Source: an uncultured Candidatus Saccharibacteria bacterium
GTDB lineage: Bacteria > Patescibacteriota > Minisyncoccia > Phycocordibacterales > WO2-35-19
DNA: 33,339 bases
NCBI GenBank assembly: GCA_964558845.1
Contig: CAZLFM010000003.1
Span: 1 to 33,339 of the forward strand
Direction of reading: 5' to 3'
The translations under genes and the position numbers were made by a program. A model generated the notes under the pieces. It searched no databases, was not told where the DNA came from, and saw nothing but the letters and a program-made list of their open reading frames with translations. This document shows, one piece after another, positions 8,851-15,356 of the stretch; the stretch's first letter is position 1; every line of letters starts with the position of its first letter.

Positions 8851-8867
8851 ATTTATAAAATCTAAGG

Positions 8868-9614
8868 TTAAGATTCAAAAGTCATTGCCCACTTATCTTT
8901 ACCCTGCCAGCCGTCAAACATATGTCCGTGCCCATTTTCTCTGCCCATTTTTTCAATACCCATAAGCAACTCCTGTTGGGTTTTTAAGTCGGCTGTAGCC
9001 AATACTTGTTCTATTTTTCGCACAAAATCAGTAGGAGACCAAGGTAGATTTTGCAGAGGATACATTTCAAGTTCTTTTTGGACATAGCCAAGGAAAGGTC
9101 GGTGCCTGCCATTGAAACCAAATACCAAAGTCAGGAGGTCCAGCATTGAGTTTACAGCCTCCAAGTGCGCCCCAAAAGGATTGTTGTTGCGAATACATTT
9201 TATTGAACGAAATACTCCATTCACATAACCATCAATCCAATAATCAATAAATTTATTTAGTTTATCGGCCGGAATATACCCCTTTTCTTGAATGAGTTGG
9301 GGCAAATTATCAGTCTTGTCTACTAGTATTTTGCAATGTGTATAGTTATATCTGTCCCAAGTTTCTGGACTATCCCATTCGGCATATTTTTTGAAATCTG
9401 TTAAAGATTGAACGGAGAGGTCTACATTATCAAAACTTCTTTGCTTATACTTTTCGCTTAACACGCTCACCACCTCATCTTTTACAATCATAACCGCATC
9501 ATAGTCAGAATATTCATTGTCAAAACCTTTCCCTCGTGAGCCAACAAGAATGAGCCCGAGAATGTCATCCTGTTCTTTTGCTTCTTTTAATATTTCTTCA
9601 AAATTCTTCTCCAT
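8868..9614 (-). CDS. Nucleotidyltransferase-fold protein (aminoglycoside adenylyltransferase-like architecture)
   Basis: 248 aa. N-terminal NTase signature LVGSRGKG...SDYDAVMIV (GS-x-DxD) followed by a helical C-terminal domain. The substrate is unknown. Confidence 0.55.
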   Translation of the reverse strand: MEKNFEEILKEAKEQDDILGLILVGSRGKGFDNEYSDYDAVMIVKDEVVSVLSEKYKQRSFDNVDLSVQSLTDFKKYAEWDSPETWDRYNYTHCKILVDKTDNLPQLIQEKGYIPADKLNKFIDYWIDGYVNGVFRSIKCIRNNNPFGAHLEAVNSMLDLLTLVFGFNGRHRPFLGYVQKELEMYPLQNLPWSPTDFVRKIEQVLATADLKTQQELLMGIEKMGRENGHGHMFDGWQGKDKWAMTFES

Positions 9615-9707
9615 AAAGTCAGTTTAATCCAAAACCAGCTAAAAATGAAGCTTTGATGTTTTAATTAATTTTAATAGGTTGTATGTGTCCTGAAGAAATC
9701 GAAGTAG

Positions 9708-9778
9708 TGCGGGTAGGGAGAGTCGAACTCCCGTCTGGACATTGGAAGTGTCCCATCCTACCGCTGAACGATACCCGC
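9708..9778 (-). tRNA. tRNA-Gly (UCC)
   Basis: Reverse complement: GCGGGTA-TC-GTTC-AGCGGTA-GGAT-G-GGACA-CTTCCAA-TGTCC-AGAC-GGGAG-TTCGACT-CTCCC-TACCCGC-A. No CCA is encoded. Confidence 0.9.
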
Positions 9779-9791
9779 AAAAACCAGTCTA

Positions 9792-10454
9792 TCATAAAAC
9801 TCTATCAATCCAAGCCAAAATTAACCTATGCAAGTTAACACCAAATCTCTTATCTCTAAAACCTACCAAGGACAGATGGGCAGTCCCAAAAGGAAGTTTG
9901 CCCCTTTTATTAACTTTTTTATTATTTCTACGATCTACTATAGACTTAAGAAACTGACTAATCGGTATACCAGTTTCTTTTGACCAAAAATTCACGCATT
10001 TTTCTTCGTCATTATCCGGATATAGATGGATACGGATTCTTAGGTTTTTTGTTTCGAGCCCACATATCTCCTTCAACCATCTTATGGAAAACTTTATTAT
10101 TTTGGGATCCGCATTGGTAATTCTTGTTGAATCGAAAGATTTTGTACCTTCCCCAATATACACCCCCAAACCAAGCATGAATAAATCTCTTTTTGATAAC
10201 TTACCTATATCTTTTTCGGCTCGTATCTTAGCACTATCAAGACTCTTAACTTTTATCAAGTGTTTCTTGAGCCCAGACGCTGTTCTTGCTTTTCCAATCG
10301 TATCTAGAGTATATTTGTTTGGACTGTAATCTATGTTGGTCAACCACTCACTCAACGTACTTTTTGGAATTTGTGTTAATTTAGAAATATAACTATAAGA
10401 ATAACCCTCTTTTCTCAAGCCCAGAGCCTTTTGTTTTACTTCGTAAACATACAT
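9792..10454 (-). CDS. HTH plus LAGLIDADG-like (single-motif) endonuclease-like protein
   Basis: 220 aa. N-terminal HTH (YSYISKLTQIPKSTLSEW) and a LAGLIDADG-like block LFMLGLGVYIGEGTK. It ends 14 nt upstream of tRNA-Gly(UCC) on the same strand. The call rests on motif recognition only. Confidence 0.5.
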   Translation of the reverse strand: MYVYEVKQKALGLRKEGYSYSYISKLTQIPKSTLSEWLTNIDYSPNKYTLDTIGKARTASGLKKHLIKVKSLDSAKIRAEKDIGKLSKRDLFMLGLGVYIGEGTKSFDSTRITNADPKIIKFSIRWLKEICGLETKNLRIRIHLYPDNDEEKCVNFWSKETGIPISQFLKSIVDRRNNKKVNKRGKLPFGTAHLSLVGFRDKRFGVNLHRLILAWIDRVL

Positions 10455-10524
10455 AAATCGTATACTGGTATTGTACCACTACAGCATGAATTGGATATAC
10501 AAAATATGTGGATAAATAACACAA

Positions 10525-10827
10525 CTACTTAAAGCTGTGGACTCTTTGGGAAACTTTTACCAGAGTTTGAAAATCATCTTCATGGAGAATTTTGTTTTTG
10601 CGTTCAAAGCCACACACCTGGCACTTTTGAAGGATGGACCATTCTCCCCCACTCTCTGAAGCTCCAATCGGCGCCATCATGCCACCACAACTTGAAGCCC
10701 TATCACCCGGATCAATATCCACGTGTTTACTCCAGAGGCACTTTGGGCAGTGATTGGTGTAACCGCGTCCAATTACTATGGTTCCACATTTCTCACAAGT
10801 AAAGTTTTCTACTCTTTTCTTAAACAT
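10525..10827 (-). CDS. RNHCP-domain zinc-ribbon protein
   Basis: 100 aa with CEKCG...YTNHCPKCLWSKHVD...CGGMM...CQVCG, the RNHCP motif plus Cys pairs. Confidence 0.7.
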   Translation of the reverse strand: MFKKRVENFTCEKCGTIVIGRGYTNHCPKCLWSKHVDIDPGDRASSCGGMMAPIGASESGGEWSILQKCQVCGFERKNKILHEDDFQTLVKVSQRVHSFK

Positions 10828-10879
10828 GGCTTATGGTGACAGTAGAATTGGAATTTTCAATTTTTAATTTAAAATTTTC

Positions 10880-10922
10880 AAATTGAAACATTGGAAATTA
10901 AATGAAAATTGAAAATTGTAAA
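10880..10922 (+). repeat. AT-rich 43-nt copy of the pseudopilin gene leader/start region
   Basis: 40 of 43 positions are identical to 23184-23226, including the ATG (10902 versus 23206). It is built of TTGAAAA-like heptads. Confidence 0.8.
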
Positions 10923-10950
10923 CCTGCCCGATGGCAAGGCGGGCTGAAAA

Positions 10951-11400
10951 TTATTTCTGGTGCCGATGCAAATGCGCGGCAATCCCCATCGCCAATCCGA
11001 TAATTGCCAAATTTTTGATTATATATTGACCTTCAAGTGTCGGTATCCAATTTGATTGCCAAGTAACATCAGGCAACATAATGAGTGGCAAAAAGGTGGT
11101 GACCATATGGATTGCCAAGAGAAAGATGGCCACTCTTTCGAATTTTGGCAAAATAAAAGTTATACCAATAACCATCTCAAAAATTCCAAAGAACAGAATA
11201 AATTGTTCAAAAGTCAGAAACGGCAAAGTGCTTTCCATCAAATCTTTGACCAAAGGATTGGCCGGGCTCTCCCCTATCACCTTTAGCAAACCGAACCAAA
11301 AGAAGATAACAAAAACAGCCAGCTTGGCAAAAGGTATGCTAGTAGCCCGAAAAAAGGCAATTATCCAAGAATCAAGTTTGTGAAATAAAGTTCCAATCAT
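10951..11400 (-). CDS. Small polytopic membrane protein (DoxX/YkgB-like)
   Basis: 149 aa with four predicted hydrophobic helices. The family assignment is tentative. Confidence 0.45.
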   Translation of the reverse strand: MIGTLFHKLDSWIIAFFRATSIPFAKLAVFVIFFWFGLLKVIGESPANPLVKDLMESTLPFLTFEQFILFFGIFEMVIGITFILPKFERVAIFLLAIHMVTTFLPLIMLPDVTWQSNWIPTLEGQYIIKNLAIIGLAMGIAAHLHRHQK

Positions 11401-11457
11401 AAAACAATTATACCAAATTTTATTAAAATTATGTTCTATGCTATAGTGGCAAAATTA

Positions 11458-11497
11458 CGGAGCGTAGTACAGTGGTAGTATTGAGTGGTTTACAGGA
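11458..11497 (+). pseudogene. 5' half-copy of tRNA-Pro (no 3' half)
   Basis: CGGAGCGTAGTACAGTGGTAGTAT matches the first 24 nt of the intact tRNA-Pro (CGGGGCGTAGTATAGTGGCAGTAT) with 3 mismatches. No complementary anticodon-stem strand, T-arm or acceptor 3' strand follows. Confidence 0.6.
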
Positions 11498-11526
11498 AAG
11501 AAAATTTAAAACAAAATAGTGATACA

Positions 11527-11597
11527 CGGGGCGTAGTATAGTGGCAGTATATATGGTTTGGGACCATAAGGTCCGAGTTCGATTCTCGGCGCCCCGA
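11527..11597 (+). tRNA. tRNA-Pro (UGG)
   Basis: CGGGGCG-TA-GTAT-AGTGGCA-GTAT-A-TATGG-TTTGGGA-CCATA-AGGT-CCGAG-TTCGATT-CTCGG-CGCCCCG-A. The C1:G72 pair is typical of bacterial tRNA-Pro. Confidence 0.9.
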
Positions 11598-11609
11598 CAA
11601 AGGTAGAAA

Positions 11610-12029
11610 TTACAAAACTAAATTTTCAATTAGCCTAACTTTGGCTATACGTTTTTCCATATCCAAAAAGACACAGACAAGGTCGAACTGCCATTCTGGC
11701 TCTGATTTCCGATATTTTTCCAATAGATAAGTCTGAATGATTCTCGATAGTCTTTTAAGTTTAGAGGGGTGGACGTTGTCCTCGGGCCTATAATTGTTTA
11801 CTTCCTGTTCAAAATGGCCACCAAAACTTCTTCGACTAACAGTCTTCACTTCCACAAAATAAACTTTGCCGTTTTTCTCTGCGACAATGTCCAATTCGCC
11901 CCATTTTTTGCGATAATTCCTATTGACAACAAAAAAGCCTTTCCTCTCAAGATATTTTGCCGCTATGTCTTCTCCCTTCTTCCCTATTTCGTTATTCTTA
12001 GCCATTTTGTCTTTGACTTTTACCCACAT
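11610..12029 (-). CDS. yraN: YraN-family (UPF0102) endonuclease-like protein
   Basis: GKKGEDIAAKYLERKGFFVVNRNYRKKWGELDIVAEKNGKVYFVEVKT. An alternative start is the ATG at 12005. Confidence 0.85.
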   Translation of the reverse strand: MWVKVKDKMAKNNEIGKKGEDIAAKYLERKGFFVVNRNYRKKWGELDIVAEKNGKVYFVEVKTVSRRSFGGHFEQEVNNYRPEDNVHPSKLKRLSRIIQTYLLEKYRKSEPEWQFDLVCVFLDMEKRIAKVRLIENLVL

Positions 12030-12182
12030 TCCACAGAGTTATCCACACTTATCAACAATTCTTTTGCAAAATAAGGCCAATTAGACAACAAAACAATTCT
12101 ACAACTTTTATAAAGGAAAATATATCCCAATGTTTATAAAAGAATTTGTTTATTAAAATAAATATGTTAAATTTAAACGAAT

Positions 12183-12253
12183 GCGGCCATGGTTTAGTGG
12201 TAGAACATATCCTTGCCAAGGATAAGACGGGAGTTCGATTCTCCCTGGCCGCA
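12183..12253 (+). tRNA. tRNA-Gly (GCC)
   Basis: GCGGCCA-TG-GTTT-AGTGGTA-GAAC-A-TATCC-TTGCCAA-GGATA-AGAC-GGGAG-TTCGATT-CTCCC-TGGCCGC-A. Confidence 0.92.
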
Positions 12254-12286
12254 CAGCAAAAAATCGCCGCCGTAGTTCAATGGATA

Positions 12287-12305
12287 CCCGCCCGACTCGC
12301 CTGAC
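12287..12305. repeat. GC-rich arm (left) of hairpin family copy B
   Basis: CCCGCCCGACTCGCCTGAC. CCCGCCC pairs with GGGCGGG (12393-12399) and GCCTGAC pairs with GTCAGGC (12386-12392). Confidence 0.8.
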
Positions 12306-12377
12306 GCCTTTATAGTTCAATGGATAGAACAATCCCGTCCTAAGGGATAGATGTAGGTTCGATTCCTACTAAAGGCG
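12306..12377 (+). tRNA. tRNA-Arg (CCU)
   Basis: GCCTTTA-TA-GTTC-AATGGATA-GAAC-A-ATCCC-GTCCTAA-GGGAT-AGAT-GTAGG-TTCGATT-CCTAC-TAAAGGC-G. All stems are fully paired. Confidence 0.88.
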
Positions 12378-12380
12378 CAA

Positions 12381-12399
12381 GACGAGTCAGGCGGGCGGG
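12381..12399. repeat. GC-rich arm (right) of hairpin family copy B
   Basis: GACGAGTCAGGCGGGCGGG, complementary to 12287-12305 with a 5-nt bulge on the left arm. Confidence 0.8.
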
Positions 12400-12494
12400 G
12401 AACAATCCCGTCCTAACGTCTAGATACAGGTCCGATTCCTGTCGGTGGCACAATATTTATGCACCAAATTTTTGGTGTGTTATTATGGCAATAT

Positions 12495-12566
12495 GCTCCC
12501 GTGGTGAAATGGATATCATGCGTGCCTTCGAAGCACTTGTTGGGGGTTCGAATCCCTCCGGGAGCG
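12495..12566 (+). tRNA. tRNA-Arg (UCG)
   Basis: GCTCCCG-TG-GTGA-AATGGATA-TCAT-G-CGTGC-CTTCGAA-GCACT-TGTT-GGGGG-TTCGAAT-CCCTC-CGGGAGC-G. There is one C:U mismatch at 27:43. Confidence 0.85.
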
Positions 12567-12571
12567 CAAAG

Positions 12572-12604
12572 CGTAAAAATCTTAACTGCTTAAGATTTTT
12601 GAGA
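12572..12604 (+). terminator. Hairpin with U-tract after the tRNA array (possible attenuator before cca)
   Basis: AAAAATCTTAA-ctgc-TTAAGATTTTT, nested inside GCGCAAAG...CTTTGCGC. Further hairpins follow: TGTTTTTTC-agca-GAAAAAACA, and GTCAGG...CCTGAC enclosing AATTTGC...GCAAATT. Confidence 0.4.
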
Positions 12605-12715
12605 CTTTGCGCTGGACGGAAGCATGTTTTTTCAGCAGAAAAAACAGCTGAGTCAGGGTCGGGAAAATTTGCGAGTGGCGACGAGCAAATTATTCCTGAC
12701 CACAAAGCGAAATCC

Positions 12716-14203
12716 ATGAAAAACAACGCTCAAATAGAAAAATTTAATATACCAGAAGAGGTTTCTCGTGTAACAAAGGCGCTAAAAGATGCTAATTTTG
12801 AAGCATTTCTTGTTGGTGGCTGTGTCCGTGACCTATTTATGGGCAGAAAACCAAAGGATTGGGACATAACAACCAATGCCACCCCCGAACAAATAATCCC
12901 CTTATTTTCAAAGACTTTTTACGAAAACAACTTTGGCACCGTAGCGGTTGTCAATGAAGAAACAAAAGACGAGAGTTTGAAGATAATAGAAATAACACCA
13001 TATAGGCTTGAAAGCTCGTATTCTGACCACAGACGACCGAACGAGGTGTCTTTCAGCACAGACATCCTTGATGACCTCAAAAGACGTGATTTTACAATAA
13101 ACGCAATCGCTTACGAACCAGACACAGCCGAAATCATAGATCCATTCTTTGGAGTTGCCGATCTTGCCAGAAGAACCATAAAAGCCGTGGGTAATCCAAA
13201 AGATAGGTTTTTTGAGGATGGACTACGTATTTTAAGAGCTGTTAGGTTACACGTGGAACTAGACTTCCCTATTGATCCAGAAACAGAAAGGGCGATTGCC
13301 GATAATAGCCATATAATAAAGGAGATTTCAAAAGAAAGAGTTCGAGACGAGCTAATCAAAATAATCATGTCGGATAGACCAATGAATGGCTTTCTAATTC
13401 TCAAAAAACTCGGCCTATTGCAATACATAATACCAAAACTCGAAGAAGCCATTGGAATAGAACAAAAAGGTGTTCATATTTTTGATGTTTGGACGCATCT
13501 TTTAAAGAGTTTGCAACATTCCGCAGACAAGAAATATCCGTTACACGTGAGACTTTCTGCCCTATTTCACGATATAGCAAAGCCAGAAACAAGGAGATTT
13601 GACCAAAATACCAAAGAATATAGCTTTTATGGACACGAAGTGGTGGGTTCACGTGTAACAAAGAAGATATTGGAGGATCTAAAGTTTTCACGTGAAACAA
13701 TTGATAAGGTGGTCAAGCTGGTTAGGTGGCATATGTTCTTCTCTGACACAGAGCAAATAACCCTTTCGGCTGTAAGGAGGCTTTTGGTAAACGTCGGGAA
13801 AGAGAATATCTGGGATTTGATAGATGTAAGGATGTGCGACCGAATTGGCACAGGAAGACCAAAGGAAAACCCTTATCGCTTGCGCAAATATCAGGCAATG
13901 ATAGACGAGGCTATGAGAGATCCTATATCAGTAGCGATGTTGAAAACAAATGGCCAACGAATAATGGACGTACTAAAAACAACCCCTGGACCACAAATAG
14001 GCTACATATTGAATGCCCTCCTTGAAGAAGTTTTGGAGGATCCGTCCTTGAACACCGAGGAGTATTTGGATAAAAGGACACTTGAATTATCAAAAATGTC
14101 TCTTAATGAACTTAGGGTTTTAGCCGAAAAAGGTAAGTCAAAAAAAGAAGAATTAGAGGAAGGGGAGATAAAGAAAATCAGAAGCAAACACCACGTGGAA
14201 TAG
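12716..14203 (+). CDS. cca: CCA-adding tRNA nucleotidyltransferase with HD domain
   Basis: 495 aa. Head-domain motif LVGGCVRDLFMGRKPKDWDITT and RRDFTINA, with C-terminal HD (LFHDIAKP). I chose the ATG at 12716. The ORF-track start at 12485 reads through tRNA-Arg(UCG). Confidence 0.9.
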   Translation: MKNNAQIEKFNIPEEVSRVTKALKDANFEAFLVGGCVRDLFMGRKPKDWDITTNATPEQIIPLFSKTFYENNFGTVAVVNEETKDESLKIIEITPYRLESSYSDHRRPNEVSFSTDILDDLKRRDFTINAIAYEPDTAEIIDPFFGVADLARRTIKAVGNPKDRFFEDGLRILRAVRLHVELDFPIDPETERAIADNSHIIKEISKERVRDELIKIIMSDRPMNGFLILKKLGLLQYIIPKLEEAIGIEQKGVHIFDVWTHLLKSLQHSADKKYPLHVRLSALFHDIAKPETRRFDQNTKEYSFYGHEVVGSRVTKKILEDLKFSRETIDKVVKLVRWHMFFSDTEQITLSAVRRLLVNVGKENIWDLIDVRMCDRIGTGRPKENPYRLRKYQAMIDEAMRDPISVAMLKTNGQRIMDVLKTTPGPQIGYILNALLEEVLEDPSLNTEEYLDKRTLELSKMSLNELRVLAEKGKSKKEELEEGEIKKIRSKHHVE

Positions 14204-14451
14204 GGGAGCGACCAGAGATATCCACATAATGTCCTTTACATATTTTATAAAAGACATAAAATGTTTTCAGACGCCGATAATTTTTTACAAAACAATCGGC
14301 AATTGGTTATTTGGAAATTAGACGTCTATCGAAAGAAATTTTGGTTAGACAAGAGAGAAAAGTTATATATATCTTCACTCATAAATTTTATAATTGAGAT
14401 ATCGAGCTTGTCTCTTGGGTACACCGGCTTCTAACTGAAATTTGCTTTTAT

Positions 14452-14589
14452 CCCGGCTCCGCTTTTGCTCGTAAACACTTGTGCGCAAAAGAGGGGCTGG
14501 GAACTCAAGTTCTTTTTTGCCCTCTCTTGTTTGAGGGTCTAAAACCCCCTCTGTCTCGCGAATTCCTCCACCGCGTCTCTGGGGGTTTT
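14452..14589 (+). other. Block of four consecutive stem-loops in a 460-nt intergenic region
   Basis: (I) CCCGGCTCCGCTTTTGC (14452-14468) pairs with GCAAAAGAGGGGCTGGG (14485-14501): 16 of 17 pairs including two G:U. (II) GAACT-ca-AGTTC plus TTTTTT (14501-14518). (III) GCCCTC...GAGGGT (14519-14538). (IV) AAAACCCCC (14541-14549) pairs with GGGGGTTTT (14581-14589). Confidence 0.5.
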
Positions 14590-14663
14590 GTTATACACAA
14601 AATTTATTTCTATTTTCACCATTTCAAACTAGAATAGGATTATTATTTATAATTTTTAAAAAT

Positions 14664-14882
14664 ATGAAAGTACTTCATACAATAACTTGGGTTCTGCTTG
14701 TTATCGGCGGTCTTAATTGGGGACTAGAAGGAGCAATCAATTGGGGAGTTGGCAGTTTCTTGCCAGCCGGCGTTGCTCAGATTGTTTATATCCTTGTAGG
14801 TATTTCTGCACTTGTAGAAATATTCAGCCACAAGGGCAACTGCAAATGCTGCGAAGCAAAGGCTCCTATGCAGACTATGTAA
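14664..14882 (+). CDS. DUF378-like small membrane protein
   Basis: 72 aa with VLLVIGGLNWGLEGAINWGV, characteristic of the DUF378 family, and a C-terminal CKCC. Confidence 0.7.
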   Translation: MKVLHTITWVLLVIGGLNWGLEGAINWGVGSFLPAGVAQIVYILVGISALVEIFSHKGNCKCCEAKAPMQTM

Positions 14883-14900
14883 CAAATAAAATCTATTAAA

Positions 14901-15329
14901 ATGAATCGAGTTATAAAGTTTGGTTGCATTGTGTTGGTTTCGTTTTTGTTTGTAAGTCAGACGGCTTTTGCTGCGACGTGTAGCGACAAAGCCAGAGCTT
15001 CAGCAGCCAAAGCGATTGCAAACCGCGACAAGGCTTACGTACAACTCCAGATTGCCAGCTCGAGTGAGCAAATAGAAAAAACCTATCAAGATCAACTAAC
15101 GGCAGCACTTGAAGCAAAATACGCCATTTCGCTGCCGGCCACTTCTTATGTTCTGTCGATACGCCCAACGATTAGTGCTGAATTGCAAAAAGAATTAGAA
15201 AAGGCTAGGAAAACTCGAACCAAAGACAAAGAACGCGCCCTTAAAAGCCGTGGGCGGGCAGTAGAATCGGCACAAAAAAGATTTGATAGTGCTTACAAAA
15301 GAACCCCGGTTCTAAACTGCACTCTCTAA
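14901..15329 (+). CDS. Secreted hypothetical protein (signal peptide, Lys/Ala-rich helical)
   Basis: 142 aa. N-terminal signal MNRVIKFGCIVLVSFLFVSQTAFA followed by AT. No recognisable domain. Confidence 0.55.
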   Translation: MNRVIKFGCIVLVSFLFVSQTAFAATCSDKARASAAKAIANRDKAYVQLQIASSSEQIEKTYQDQLTAALEAKYAISLPATSYVLSIRPTISAELQKELEKARKTRTKDKERALKSRGRAVESAQKRFDSAYKRTPVLNCTL

Positions 15330-15356
15330 AATCTAGCCTGCCGATGAGATAGGGGA

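Larger units (their letters stand above)
12266..12450 (+). pseudogene. Interrupted, degenerate tRNA-like shell enclosing tRNA-Arg(CCU)
   Basis: The 5' piece is GCCGCCG-TA-GTTC-AATGGATA (12266-12286). The 3' piece is GAAC-A-ATCCC-GTCCTAA-CGTCT-AGAT-ACAGG-TCCGATT-CCTGT-CGGTGGC-A (12400-12450). The acceptor stem has 7 bp, and the D-stem is restored only if 12287-12399 is removed. The anticodon stem is mispaired (2 of 5) and the T-loop has C at position 55. Confidence 0.6.

Noticed and set aside
10902-11003. 33-codon ORF MKIENCKPARWQGG... starting at the duplicated pilin leader
   Set aside because: It loses all pilin features immediately, with no G/F cleavage site and no hydrophobic helix. It also runs antisense into the 3' end of gene 10951-11400.
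12286-12400. Archaeal-type bulge-helix-bulge intron or group I intron interpretation of the insert in the outer tRNA
   Set aside because: The junctions are not placed in 3-nt bulges flanking a 4-bp helix. The insert sits in the D-loop rather than the anticodon loop. At 113 nt it is far too short for a group I intron and has no recognisable core.
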